In this document: positions 46,408 to 55,719 of the stretch, in pieces
Numbering within the stretch: the first letter of the stretch is position 1
How the letters are laid out: each line of letters opens with the position of its first letter
Assembly (NCBI GenBank): GCA_934293575.1
Contig: CAKQYU010000005.1
Coordinates: 46,147 to 110,146 of the forward strand
Direction: 5' to 3'
Source: an uncultured Lachnospiraceae bacterium
GTDB lineage: Bacteria; Bacillota; Clostridia; Lachnospirales; Lachnospiraceae
Length of the DNA stretch: 64,000 nt
Notes under the pieces: generated by a model
Database searches by the model: none
What the model was told of the DNA's origin: nothing
Seen by the model: the letters and a program-made list of their open reading frames with translations, nothing else
Made by a program: the position numbers and the translations under genes

Positions 46408-47088
46408 ATGAAATGCAAGTACAAAATAGATGGAATCGATGTTTATAAATATATTATGCCGGTGATTCGTTCGAATATGTATATTATGCTTGTTGATAAT
46501 CAAGCATTAATTATTGATCCCAATATAAACGAAGATGCAGTGGATTTGCTAAAGGATAATCATGTGAAGATGGTTACAATCATTTTGACGCATGAACATT
46601 ATGACCATATTTCGGGAGTGAATTATTTTCGAAAATATTTCCGGTGTACGGTAATTGGTAATGAAAAGTGCAAGGATATGACTGTGGATCCGACAAAGAA
46701 TATGGCAGCCTTTTTTATGGCAATGTTTATTGATAAATCAGAAGCAGAACGGCAAAGCGTAAACGATATATTAAGTGAAACCTATAGTTGTAATGTGGAT
46801 TTGGGATTTATAAACGAGAAGGAATACGTCATTGGATCATTGCATTTATTGTTAAGGGAAACTCCGGGTCATTCTCCTGGAAGTATATGTATAGAAGTAA
46901 ATCGTAGTTATGTTTTTTCCGGAGACAGTCTTGTAGATGGAGCTAAAATTATAACTAGATTACCGGGCGGAAATAAGAAGGATTATCAAGAGATTACAAG
47001 GCCATATTTGGAATCATTAGATGATAATATAATTATATTTCCCGGACATGGAAATGAGGGTAAAATAAGTGAATTTAAAATAGGATAG
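46408..47088 (+). CDS. MBL-fold metallo-hydrolase
   Basis: ILTHEHYDHISG (HxHxDH), downstream GDS and PGHG motifs. Confidence 0.75.
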   Translation: MKCKYKIDGIDVYKYIMPVIRSNMYIMLVDNQALIIDPNINEDAVDLLKDNHVKMVTIILTHEHYDHISGVNYFRKYFRCTVIGNEKCKDMTVDPTKNMAAFFMAMFIDKSEAERQSVNDILSETYSCNVDLGFINEKEYVIGSLHLLLRETPGHSPGSICIEVNRSYVFSGDSLVDGAKIITRLPGGNKKDYQEITRPYLESLDDNIIIFPGHGNEGKISEFKIG

Positions 47089-47195
47089 GTACAGATGACA
47101 TAAGGTGTATTTTCTATATGTTTTTGTACCTTAATATTATTTCGTATTCTTTGTATGAATATTTTCTGTTGTGGTAGTTACTGCATAAAACCAAT

Positions 47196-47235
47196 AAAAC
47201 CATCGTTTTTTCAAAAAACGATGGTTTTTTCTAAA
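47196..47235. terminator. Strong bidirectional terminator at the end of the glycosylation island
   Basis: aaaaccatcgtttttt-caa-aaaacgatggtttttt: ~14-bp perfect stem flanked by A- and T-runs. Confidence 0.65.
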
Positions 47236-47269
47236 AAAAAACATATATAATAGTAAAAAAGGTGATTAT

Positions 47270-48352
47270 ATGAAAGCTTATATTGCAAAAAAATTACCAA
47301 TTGAATATAAAATTGATAAAGAATTGCTTCGATTATTAGCGGAAGCAAATCAAAAATACGGAGAATATAAATCGTTACTAAATACATTGGAGTTTGATCC
47401 ATCATTTTTTCTTGATTCTGTATTGTTAACGGAAAGTTTTAAATCAACACAGATAGAGGGAACTCAAATTTCCCAGGATGAAATGTATTACTTAAAATAC
47501 AAAGACATTACGGACGATAGCCGTGAATTGCAGAATTTGAAGAATGCGATTGAATATGCATACAAACAAATTCAGGAAGGAAAAATAATAGATTTTTCCT
47601 TGGTTAATGAAATGCATAAAATAATCTTAGATAGTGTAAGAGGTTCAGGCAAGGAACCGGGAAAAATAAGAACAACACAGAATTGGATTGGTCCGAAGGG
47701 CGTGTCTATTGAAGGTGCAACCTTTGTATCACCGATTCCTGAGCAGGTGCCGGAATTGCTTATAAATCTTTATGAATATATGAATGATGCTTTTATTGAT
47801 CCATGTGTAATTAATATAGCATTAGCTCATGCACAATTTGAAACAATTCATGCATATAAAGATGGCAATGGAAGATTAGGACGAGCACTGATTCCGGTAC
47901 AATTAGCATTGCTTGATGAGACTAAACCAATTTTATTTATGTCGGAAATTTTGGAATTGTATAAGCCTTCATATCAAAGATATTTAATGGAAAGTAGAAA
48001 AGGAAATTATGCAGGATATATCAAATTTTTCTTACAGTGTGTAATTGACCAATGTAGAAATTATATTTATAAATTAAATCGTATAAAAGAAATTTACCAT
48101 CATGACATGGATATCATTAAAAAAATTAAAGGAAATACCGTGTATCGTATTATGCCAATTCTTATGCGGCAAATTGTATTTACGAAAAAGGAAGTAGAAA
48201 AAATGTCGGGGGCATCGGCTACTACAGTTTCTAAAATTATCAATCAGTTGGTGGATTTAGGGGTAATCGAAACAGATACAACAGTTTTGAAAAAAGGATA
48301 TCGATATCAAAGCATATATAATCTTTTTGTGGCAGAAGACGATGGATGCTAG
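47270..48352 (+). CDS. Fic-family protein (AMPylase/Doc-like)
   Basis: HAYKDGNGRLGRAL matches the Fic core motif HxFx(D/E)GNGRxxR; C-terminal wHTH-like region. Confidence 0.8.
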   Translation: MKAYIAKKLPIEYKIDKELLRLLAEANQKYGEYKSLLNTLEFDPSFFLDSVLLTESFKSTQIEGTQISQDEMYYLKYKDITDDSRELQNLKNAIEYAYKQIQEGKIIDFSLVNEMHKIILDSVRGSGKEPGKIRTTQNWIGPKGVSIEGATFVSPIPEQVPELLINLYEYMNDAFIDPCVINIALAHAQFETIHAYKDGNGRLGRALIPVQLALLDETKPILFMSEILELYKPSYQRYLMESRKGNYAGYIKFFLQCVIDQCRNYIYKLNRIKEIYHHDMDIIKKIKGNTVYRIMPILMRQIVFTKKEVEKMSGASATTVSKIINQLVDLGVIETDTTVLKKGYRYQSIYNLFVAEDDGC

Positions 48353-48698
48353 AAGATTAGATTCTTGCAATATAATTGATATAATGTTATATTCTAATCA
48401 AAGCAGATTTATTCATTTGCAGACGAACGTATTCGTTTTACTTTAGGAATGATTATATACACTCGAATATTGGCTGAGTCGTCATCTTTATTCTATTTAT
48501 TATTTATTTTATTCTCTGCTTTTATTTCAACTATTTTAAAATAAGCAGGGGATAGGCTCATGTTGTCTCCTGCCATCATTGATTCAGATGTTAGAGATAT
48601 TGTTATCAAAGAAAAAGAACCGGGAAGTGAAAGAATTACTGGTTAAGAACCATGGAATGATTATGGAATTACCGGGAACGGAACAGGAGGTAAACAGA

Positions 48699-48878
48699 AT
48701 GTGTAATTTAGGGGAAGCGTTATATGAAGATGCGAAGCAGGAAGGAATTGAGCAAGGAATTGAGTTAAAATCAAAAGAAATTATTACGAATATGTATAAA
48801 AAAGGAATGGATATCTCCGAAATAGCCGAATTGGTAGGAAAGGACGAAGAATATGTTCGTAAGATATTATTGCAGTGA
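48699..48878 (+). pseudogene. Remnant of an Rpn/YhgA-like (PD-(D/E)XK transposase-related) gene; only the C-terminal module is present
   Basis: MCNLGEALYEDAKQEGIEQGIELKSKEIITNMYKKGMDISEIAELVGKDEEYVRKILL resembles the repeat-containing C-terminal tail of Rpn-family proteins. RBS aggagg; imperfect inverted repeats upstream (48353-48400). Confidence 0.35.
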
Positions 48879-48962
48879 CTGAAAATAAAATATTATGAGT
48901 AATTGAAAATCCCACGGTTTGGTGTTATGAACAAATCGTGGGATTTTGGTTGGAATTGATTA

Positions 48963-50018
48963 TTATCTCTCCATCTTCTTCATCATATCATTCCTTAATC
49001 CAAGGAATGTTTTTTCGTCTAATGCATAATCCAGCAGTTTGAGCATGACATTGTCAAACTGGTTGCTTTCCCATTTACGGTATGGATTTTTTTGATAATC
49101 CGGACACAGGTTTTTTACGGTTTTCTGCATTTGTAGAAAGCAGGCATATGAGCGGTCGGGAAATTCATGAAATATTTCCCATAGCATGTATACATAGTAT
49201 TTTTCTAAAAACATCCACTCAATGGCATCGTGATTGACACTTTCCTCTTCGGTTGTTGGATTATCAACAAATAAACCTCTGTTTTTACATTCCAATAGGA
49301 AACCTACGGCAATATCCATCTTGTCAAATTGATATTCCTGACTTTTTCTTTGAACAGTGCCCTCCGGATTTACAAAATAATGGTACAGTTCATCATCCAT
49401 TCGATAGTAGGATTTTGCGTAAATAAATGCAAGATAGCAAAAGAAAATGTCTTCATATCGGATTTGTTCCGGACAAAAGATATCATTATCAATTAAAAAA
49501 GATTTCTTGAAAACTTTATTCCAAAGTGCGGTTAATCCGATTTGTGTTCCGATAAATTCTTCTTTTGTCTTTGTATCCGTTAAATCATAATACCCCGGCA
49601 TGCCAAGTTTTTTGACGGAACTGGCATATTGTTCATTCTTAGCCAGATCCCATCGACATTCTACAAAATCACAATCATATTTCTTGATAGCGGTAAGCAT
49701 TTTTTGGAACATACGATGATCTACCCAGTCATCGGAATCAACATAACCGATATATGGAGCAGAAGCATATTCAAGTGCTACATTACGCGCGGTTCCCTGA
49801 CGTTTGTTTTCTTCAAAATTAATAACAATAATGTTATCCGTATATTTTGATTCCATTTCCGTCAATTTATCCAATGTATGATCTGTTGATGCATCATTTA
49901 CAAAGATTAATTCCATATTTTCAAAACCAAGCGTTTGATGTTTCAGGCTGTTAAAACACCGATCTAAATATTGTTCTACATTATAACAGGGAATTATAAT
50001 ACTAATTAATTTATCCAT
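48963..50018 (-). CDS. Family 2 glycosyltransferase
   Basis: LISIIIPCYNVEQYLDRCFNSL...FVNDASTDHT...YVDSDDW (GT-A DxD). Confidence 0.8.
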   Translation of the reverse strand: MDKLISIIIPCYNVEQYLDRCFNSLKHQTLGFENMELIFVNDASTDHTLDKLTEMESKYTDNIIVINFEENKRQGTARNVALEYASAPYIGYVDSDDWVDHRMFQKMLTAIKKYDCDFVECRWDLAKNEQYASSVKKLGMPGYYDLTDTKTKEEFIGTQIGLTALWNKVFKKSFLIDNDIFCPEQIRYEDIFFCYLAFIYAKSYYRMDDELYHYFVNPEGTVQRKSQEYQFDKMDIAVGFLLECKNRGLFVDNPTTEEESVNHDAIEWMFLEKYYVYMLWEIFHEFPDRSYACFLQMQKTVKNLCPDYQKNPYRKWESNQFDNVMLKLLDYALDEKTFLGLRNDMMKKMER

Positions 50019-50156
50019 GGAAACCCCTCTCCTAAGTTAATGACATAATTGTATCATGTAAAAATATAATTGTAACTATTAACTTTATTTTAGGGGGCTT
50101 TTAATTTCCCATTTTATAAAATATTCCATAAATCTCCACAACATGACATTTTCATA

Positions 50157-50186
50157 TTGACAATAGAACAAATGTTCTGGTATAAT
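50157..50186 (+). promoter_or_regulatory. Sigma-A-type promoter
   Basis: TTGACA-N18-TATAAT directly upstream of the 50217 ORF. Confidence 0.4.
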
Positions 50187-50216
50187 ACAACCATAATATA
50201 TTTGGGAGGTATCTGT

Positions 50217-51215
50217 ATGAGAGAAGTGTACGAATGTTTTAACAAACTAATCGGGGGAATTTTTAATTTATCATCAGTGGCTGTGATAGATTTGATTAAT
50301 GGTCTCTATCATTGTGATTATGAGGCTGACAGTAAAATATCTATATACCGGACAGATAATACAGATGTGAATATGGATAGGAATACGGATATCTTTTGCG
50401 TGCAGTTACAGGAGCATGATATGTATTATTTCCAAACAAAATTATTGGATAATGGAGATATTGTTTTATTAAGTTTTTCCTTTTTGGGAGATAAGGCTAT
50501 GGAGACTCCTATGCTTGAACAGGTTGATTATTTTATGCCGGAGATTAGGATATGGGCCGTTTATCATAGGGAAGATATTACGGATAGCGGTAAGATTTAT
50601 ATTCATGCAGGAGATGATAGAAAAGAAGGGATACCGGTATCGATTGTAGACGTGGCAGATTTGTCTTTGGAGGATTATAAGACACAGAATATCCTGATAT
50701 TTATGCCGTTTATTTTGTTTGGACAATGCTGTCATATGTCAGAGGGCGGTCTGCGGGAACATATGATAATATTGAAAAATATGGTGTTCAATGATATAAT
50801 TCCAAGCATGCAGGACAGTTATGAATCGGGGGATATTACCGGAGAAGATTTAGCGCATTTGAAGGAATTGCTTTATAGCACTTATGATAGATTATATGTA
50901 TATTTTTGTGAATCGGAAGATTATAAGCAATTGGAACAGAAAATGTCAGACACCCAGATGAAACTGACGAAGATAAAGAGCAATTTATTACAGACGGAAC
51001 AGGATTTATTTGAAGCAGAGCAGAAGCTGTTTTATGCAGAAGAGGACAATCATTCAATGCAGAATCAGTTGGAGAAGGCTGAGCGGGAATTGACAGAAAA
51101 AACAATGATTATGGCAGCCAAAAACAGGCTTTTACTGGAAAAAGAGCGGGAATTATCTGAAAAGAATATGAAGATAAGACAATTACAGAATTATATACAT
51201 ACATTGCAAAGTTAA
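50217..51215 (+). CDS. Hypothetical protein with a C-terminal coiled coil
   Basis: RBS gggagg; the C-terminal ~100 aa are heptad-like and QEL-rich. Confidence 0.45.
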   Translation: MREVYECFNKLIGGIFNLSSVAVIDLINGLYHCDYEADSKISIYRTDNTDVNMDRNTDIFCVQLQEHDMYYFQTKLLDNGDIVLLSFSFLGDKAMETPMLEQVDYFMPEIRIWAVYHREDITDSGKIYIHAGDDRKEGIPVSIVDVADLSLEDYKTQNILIFMPFILFGQCCHMSEGGLREHMIILKNMVFNDIIPSMQDSYESGDITGEDLAHLKELLYSTYDRLYVYFCESEDYKQLEQKMSDTQMKLTKIKSNLLQTEQDLFEAEQKLFYAEEDNHSMQNQLEKAERELTEKTMIMAAKNRLLLEKERELSEKNMKIRQLQNYIHTLQS

Positions 51216-51351
51216 AAAAGTTTTGCAACGTATAATGAAAAGGTGTATAGTAACTAAGTGCACAAACTAATAAAAAATGTGTAATAATTATCTTGGTAAC
51301 GAATGACAATTAAGTAAGAACATACTCAATCAGAATAAGGAGGTACTGTTT

Positions 51352-52896
51352 GTGAGTTGGGATAAAGCAATTGATGAATTAGAAGAACGTCGAAGAATGT
51401 CATATATTGGAGGCGGAGAGGAAGCCATTGAGAAACAGCATGATAAAGGAAAATTAACAGCCAGAGAAAGACTGGAGATTTTATTTGATGAAGGAACCTT
51501 TGTTGAGGTTGATGATTTGGTAGAATCCAGAATTGATGATTTTGGATTAGATAAGAAAAGAATTCCCGGAGATGGTGTGATTACCGGTTATGGTAAAATT
51601 AATGGAAGGACAGTATTTGCATCATCTGAAGATTTTACGGTAATCGGAGGAAGTCTTGGGGAATATCATTCCCGTAAAATTATTCACATTCAGGATATGG
51701 CACTTCGTATGAGATGCCCGATTGTTACAATTAATGATAGCGGTGGAGCAAGAATAGAGGAAGGAATTGATTCTTTAAGTGGCTATTCCGGCATATTTGA
51801 ACGGAATACGATAGCATCCGGTGTCATTCCACAGATTGCAGTTATTTTAGGACCATGTTCGGGCGGAGCATGTTATTCTCCTGCTATTTGTGATTTTATC
51901 TTTGTTGTAGATGAAGTCAGTAAAATGTTTATTACAGGTCCACAGGTTGTAAAGACTGTAATTGGAGAAGAATTATCTGCTGATGAATTGGGTGGAGCAA
52001 TAACGCATGCGCAGAAGTCCGGTGTTGCACACTTCCTTTATAAAAATGAACGAAATTGTTTAGGTGGCGTAAGGGAATTGTTGTCTTACCTTCCGGATAG
52101 CAACATGGGTTCGATTCCGGTTAAGTACGGAAAGACGGTTGATAACTGCAAGAATCTGACATCGATTGTTCCGGATAATAAAAAGAAATCATATGATGTT
52201 CATGATGTGATTTATACAATGATAGATAAGGACAGTTTTTTTGAGGTGCAGAAAAACTGGGCGAAAAATGCCGTTGTTGGATTTGGAAGAATGGAAGGAA
52301 GAACCGTAGGTTTTGTGTGTAATCAGGCAAATAATAAGGGCGGTTCATTGGATATTGATGCCTCAGATAAAATGGCAAGATTTATTCGTTTTTGCGATTG
52401 TTTTAATATTCCGATTGTGTCGTTAATTGATGTACCTGCATTTTTACCGGGTTCAGAACAGGAACATAACGGAATTATCCGTCATGGTGCTAAGATATTA
52501 TACGCATATTCAGAGGCGACAGTTCCTAAGATTTCATTGATTATGCGTAAAGCATATGGGGGTGCATATATAGCAATGAATTCGAAGCATATGGGTGCGG
52601 ATATTGTATATGCATGGCCGATTGCTGAAATTGCCGTAATGGGAGCAGAAGGCGCAATTAATATTATTGGAAGAAAGCAAATTGCTGCGGCAGAGGATAA
52701 AGAGGCAAAGAGGAAAGAGATGATTCAGGAATATGAGGATAAGTTTTTGAATCCGTATATAGCTGCAAAGAGGGGATTTGTTGATGAGGTAATTCGACCG
52801 GATGAAACAAGAGAAAAAATTATTGCCGCACTTGATATGTTAGAAACAAAAGAAGTGGAGAGACCATATAAGAAACACGGAAATATTCCGTTATAA
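51352..52896 (+). CDS. Acyl-CoA carboxylase carboxyltransferase subunit (propionyl-CoA carboxylase beta / methylmalonyl-CoA decarboxylase alpha family)
   Basis: GTG start after aaggagg; crotonase-fold carboxyltransferase motifs (GG..R...G.L.AR.R, GGAYIAM). Confidence 0.85.
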   Translation: MSWDKAIDELEERRRMSYIGGGEEAIEKQHDKGKLTARERLEILFDEGTFVEVDDLVESRIDDFGLDKKRIPGDGVITGYGKINGRTVFASSEDFTVIGGSLGEYHSRKIIHIQDMALRMRCPIVTINDSGGARIEEGIDSLSGYSGIFERNTIASGVIPQIAVILGPCSGGACYSPAICDFIFVVDEVSKMFITGPQVVKTVIGEELSADELGGAITHAQKSGVAHFLYKNERNCLGGVRELLSYLPDSNMGSIPVKYGKTVDNCKNLTSIVPDNKKKSYDVHDVIYTMIDKDSFFEVQKNWAKNAVVGFGRMEGRTVGFVCNQANNKGGSLDIDASDKMARFIRFCDCFNIPIVSLIDVPAFLPGSEQEHNGIIRHGAKILYAYSEATVPKISLIMRKAYGGAYIAMNSKHMGADIVYAWPIAEIAVMGAEGAINIIGRKQIAAAEDKEAKRKEMIQEYEDKFLNPYIAAKRGFVDEVIRPDETREKIIAALDMLETKEVERPYKKHGNIPL

Positions 52897-52907
52897 GGAG
52901 GAGGATT

Positions 52908-53942
52908 ATGAAAAAGAAACAAATGACATGGCTTATTGTTGCTGCAATAATTTTTGTTGCAGTAGGCATAATTAGTGTAGTGACCAACACAATATCCGGT
53001 TTGTTTACATCAACGGTAAATGATTCCGGATTGGGAAGCACAATTATGTCGGAACTTTACGGTGCCACAGACAGCTATGAATTTTCAGATATGCCGATGG
53101 ATGATTTTATTGCTGTTGTATCTGTTGAGGGTACAATACAGGCATCTTCAAGTAGTTCCGGGGTTTATGGCAGCAGTTCCGGATATGATCATGATTTTTT
53201 GATGAGTTATGTAGATGCTTTGATTGATAATGAGTATAATAAGGGAATTATATTGCGAATGGATACACCGGGTGGAGCTGTGTACGAAGCGGATGAATTA
53301 TATCTGAAGCTTGAAGAATACAAAGAAAAGACACACAGACCAATTTGGGCATATATGGAAAGTTATTGTTGTTCCGGTGGTGTTTACATTGCATCGGCAG
53401 CAGATGAACAGTATGCAAACCGGAATTCCACAACCGGATCAATTGGAGTAATTATTTCCAACTATGACATGTCCGGTTTGTACGAGAAGCTGGGAATCAA
53501 AGAAGTAAATATTGTTTCTGCCGAGAATAAAGATATGGGAAGTTCCGGAAAAGAAATGACTGCGGAACAGAGGGCAATTTATCAGAGTGTAGTAGATGAA
53601 GCGTATGAGCAGTTTGTAGATGTTGTGTCAAAGGGTCGGAATATGTCTGTGGATGAAGTTAAGAAGCTGGCAGATGGACGTATCTATACAGCAAGACAGG
53701 CAGTAGATAATGGATTGATTGACGGAATTAAGGGATCAGAAGAGTTTGACCAATATGTGAGAAAACAAAGCGGAGTGGATGAATTTTATGAGCCGGTACA
53801 GATAGAGACAGGATATCTTTCATCTATATTTGGAATGGTGAATGATTCGAAAGAGAAGTCAGAGGCTGAGGTACTTGTAGATTTAATGAACAAATTGGGA
53901 AATGGGGTGCCAATGTATTATGCAAATGTCTATGGAAAATAG
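52908..53942 (+). CDS. sppA: Signal peptide peptidase SppA (36K type)
   Basis: N-terminal TM anchor, ClpP/crotonase-fold region with Ser motif (YIASAADEQYA...GSIGV). Confidence 0.8.
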   Translation: MKKKQMTWLIVAAIIFVAVGIISVVTNTISGLFTSTVNDSGLGSTIMSELYGATDSYEFSDMPMDDFIAVVSVEGTIQASSSSSGVYGSSSGYDHDFLMSYVDALIDNEYNKGIILRMDTPGGAVYEADELYLKLEEYKEKTHRPIWAYMESYCCSGGVYIASAADEQYANRNSTTGSIGVIISNYDMSGLYEKLGIKEVNIVSAENKDMGSSGKEMTAEQRAIYQSVVDEAYEQFVDVVSKGRNMSVDEVKKLADGRIYTARQAVDNGLIDGIKGSEEFDQYVRKQSGVDEFYEPVQIETGYLSSIFGMVNDSKEKSEAEVLVDLMNKLGNGVPMYYANVYGK

Positions 53943-54570
53943 AGTGAGTGCCGGATTTTTTGTAAGATTGGTTGCCTATCTGATTGATAGCCTGATTGCG
54001 GCAATTGTGGTTTTGATTGTGAAGTTTCCTTTGAGCCTGGCATCGAATACATTTTCTTTTTTGAGTGGGAATTTTTTATTTCAATATTCAATTATCGACG
54101 TGATTTCTTATCTTGGTGTTGCGGCGTACTTTGTTTTGCTGACTTATTTTGCACACACAACTTTGGGAAAGATGTTGTTTCGATTAGAAGTGATTACAGA
54201 GGATGGAAGTTGGAGTTTCGTTAATGTTTTGTATCGTGAGACGATAGGAAGATTTTTATCTTCACTGTTGTGCATTGGCTATTTTGCGGTTATAGTAACG
54301 CCAAATCACAGGGGATTTCATGATATGTTATGTGATACCAGAGTGGTATATAAGAATATGTTATCAGTGTCATCCAAACCAATACAGGCAAAGCCAATTC
54401 AATCGAAAGTACAACCGGAACAACCGATGCAGGCAAGACCGGTTCAATCGGAAGTACAACCGGAACAACCGATGCAGGCAAGACCGGTTCGGCCGGAAGT
54501 ACAACCGGAACAACCGATGCAGACAAGACAACCGGTTCAACCAGTAGTTCAACCACCAACATATCATTAA
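53926..54570 (+). CDS. RDD-family membrane protein with a Pro/Gln-rich repetitive C-terminal tail
   Basis: RDD-like TM region (FFVRLVAYLIDSLIAAIVVLIV...ETIGRFL); tail with three VQPEQPMQARP repeats. The start is uncertain because it overlaps the sppA end. Confidence 0.55.
   Translation: MSMENRVSAGFFVRLVAYLIDSLIAAIVVLIVKFPLSLASNTFSFLSGNFLFQYSIIDVISYLGVAAYFVLLTYFAHTTLGKMLFRLEVITEDGSWSFVNVLYRETIGRFLSSLLCIGYFAVIVTPNHRGFHDMLCDTRVVYKNMLSVSSKPIQAKPIQSKVQPEQPMQARPVQSEVQPEQPMQARPVRPEVQPEQPMQTRQPVQPVVQPPTYH
54406..54540 (+). repeat. In-frame 45-nt tandem repeat (3 copies) encoding (K/E)VQPEQPMQARPVQS-like units
   Basis: gtacaaccggaacaaccgatgcaggcaagaccggttc... occurs three times with minor variation. 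Confidence 0.6.
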
Positions 54571-54637
54571 TTATATTTGATTGAATAAAATTCAGAATGC
54601 CGTCAATCCTATAAAAAAAGGATTGGGGGCATTTTTT

Positions 54638-55432
54638 GTGAATCGTAAGGTCAAAATAAGTTGTCTGATTTTGATATGGGGACTTGTGATCATACAGACA
54701 TACGTTAATTTTATGAATCCTGGTGCGTTGTGTAAGCATACGGTTTTTTCCTATGACAGTTATAAAAAATCAAAAGAGGCAATCACAGCTTTTTCTGTAA
54801 TTGAGGATAATGCAACCGATAAAATATTAAAAGGTTTCGGATATTACAAAACAGATAATATGAGTGAAGGGGAAAAAAGAAAATTATTGATTGATTTTGC
54901 AAAGAGGCTTGGAATTAAAGACGGTTACACGTTTGCCGGAGGTGAGGGTAGTAATTATATAAAACTGGAGCTGCAAAAAGACGGAAAATATGGGACAACG
55001 AGAATTTCCTGTATCAGTCTGATAGATGAAAATTCAGAGCCGGAACAATATATTTATCTGGATATTCATGTCAATTCCGAAGAAGAAAAAATATATAATT
55101 TGTATCAGAATGTTAAAAATGCATATCAGAATTATGGTATGAATTCCAATGTAAATTTAGAATATACCACTTCGGTAAGTGGCAATATAGAGACGGATAA
55201 TCAGGAAAGAAAACAATATATAGAGAAAATATTAGATAAACTGTCCGCACAGGTTGTAGATGTTATGGATACAGGAGATTATCATACCGTTTATGCATAT
55301 ACGGAAAAAGAAAAAAATTCTTATAATCTGGATGGAAAACAGGTTAATATTCAGATTGTATTTTCTTATTCCGAAACGGATGACATGACCTATATAAAAA
55401 TAGGATGTCCAATTGTAAATTCCTCTTATTAA
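54638..55432 (+). CDS. Hypothetical membrane-anchored protein
   Basis: Probable GTG start after ggattggggg; N-terminus NRKVKISCLILIWGLVIIQTYV is a signal anchor. No defined domain. The track's TTG at 54581 is possible. Confidence 0.4.
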   Translation: MNRKVKISCLILIWGLVIIQTYVNFMNPGALCKHTVFSYDSYKKSKEAITAFSVIEDNATDKILKGFGYYKTDNMSEGEKRKLLIDFAKRLGIKDGYTFAGGEGSNYIKLELQKDGKYGTTRISCISLIDENSEPEQYIYLDIHVNSEEEKIYNLYQNVKNAYQNYGMNSNVNLEYTTSVSGNIETDNQERKQYIEKILDKLSAQVVDVMDTGDYHTVYAYTEKEKNSYNLDGKQVNIQIVFSYSETDDMTYIKIGCPIVNSSY

Positions 55433-55533
55433 TTTTTGTAAATTTTTTAGAATTTGACAGAGCTTGTCCAACTGAGATGATAAATTAATATCAGATCATG
55501 ATTTAAGAAATTTGAAAGGACAAGGTGATAAGA

Positions 55534-55641
55534 ATGGAAAGAGTCGTTTGTTTATTAAAAGAATATTGTGGATGTATTGTAGGTTTAGTATCATTTCTTT
55601 TATTTGTAGGAGAAATATTTAACTGGATGCTTTATGTATAG
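55534..55641 (+). CDS. Small hydrophobic peptide (35 aa)
   Basis: MERVVCLLKEYCGCIVGLVSFLLFVGEIFNWMLYV; ggtga 6 nt upstream; immediately followed by a bidirectional terminator. Confidence 0.25.
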   Translation: MERVVCLLKEYCGCIVGLVSFLLFVGEIFNWMLYV

Positions 55642-55660
55642 ACAATTCATTCGTGTTAAC

Positions 55661-55705
55661 AAGAAAAAGCTGTTGGTCTAAAGTAGGCTAACAGCTTTTT
55701 GCTTT
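55661..55705. terminator. Bidirectional rho-independent terminator
   Basis: aaaagctgttgg-N9-ctaacagctttt with an A-run and a T-run on either side. Confidence 0.55.
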
Positions 55706-55719
55706 TATAAGAATCGTAT

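Noticed and set aside
54406-54540. Direct repeats that might suggest a CRISPR-like array
   Set aside because: There are only three 45-nt units, they are contiguous with no spacers, and they are in-frame inside the RDD-family CDS. They are a coding tandem repeat.
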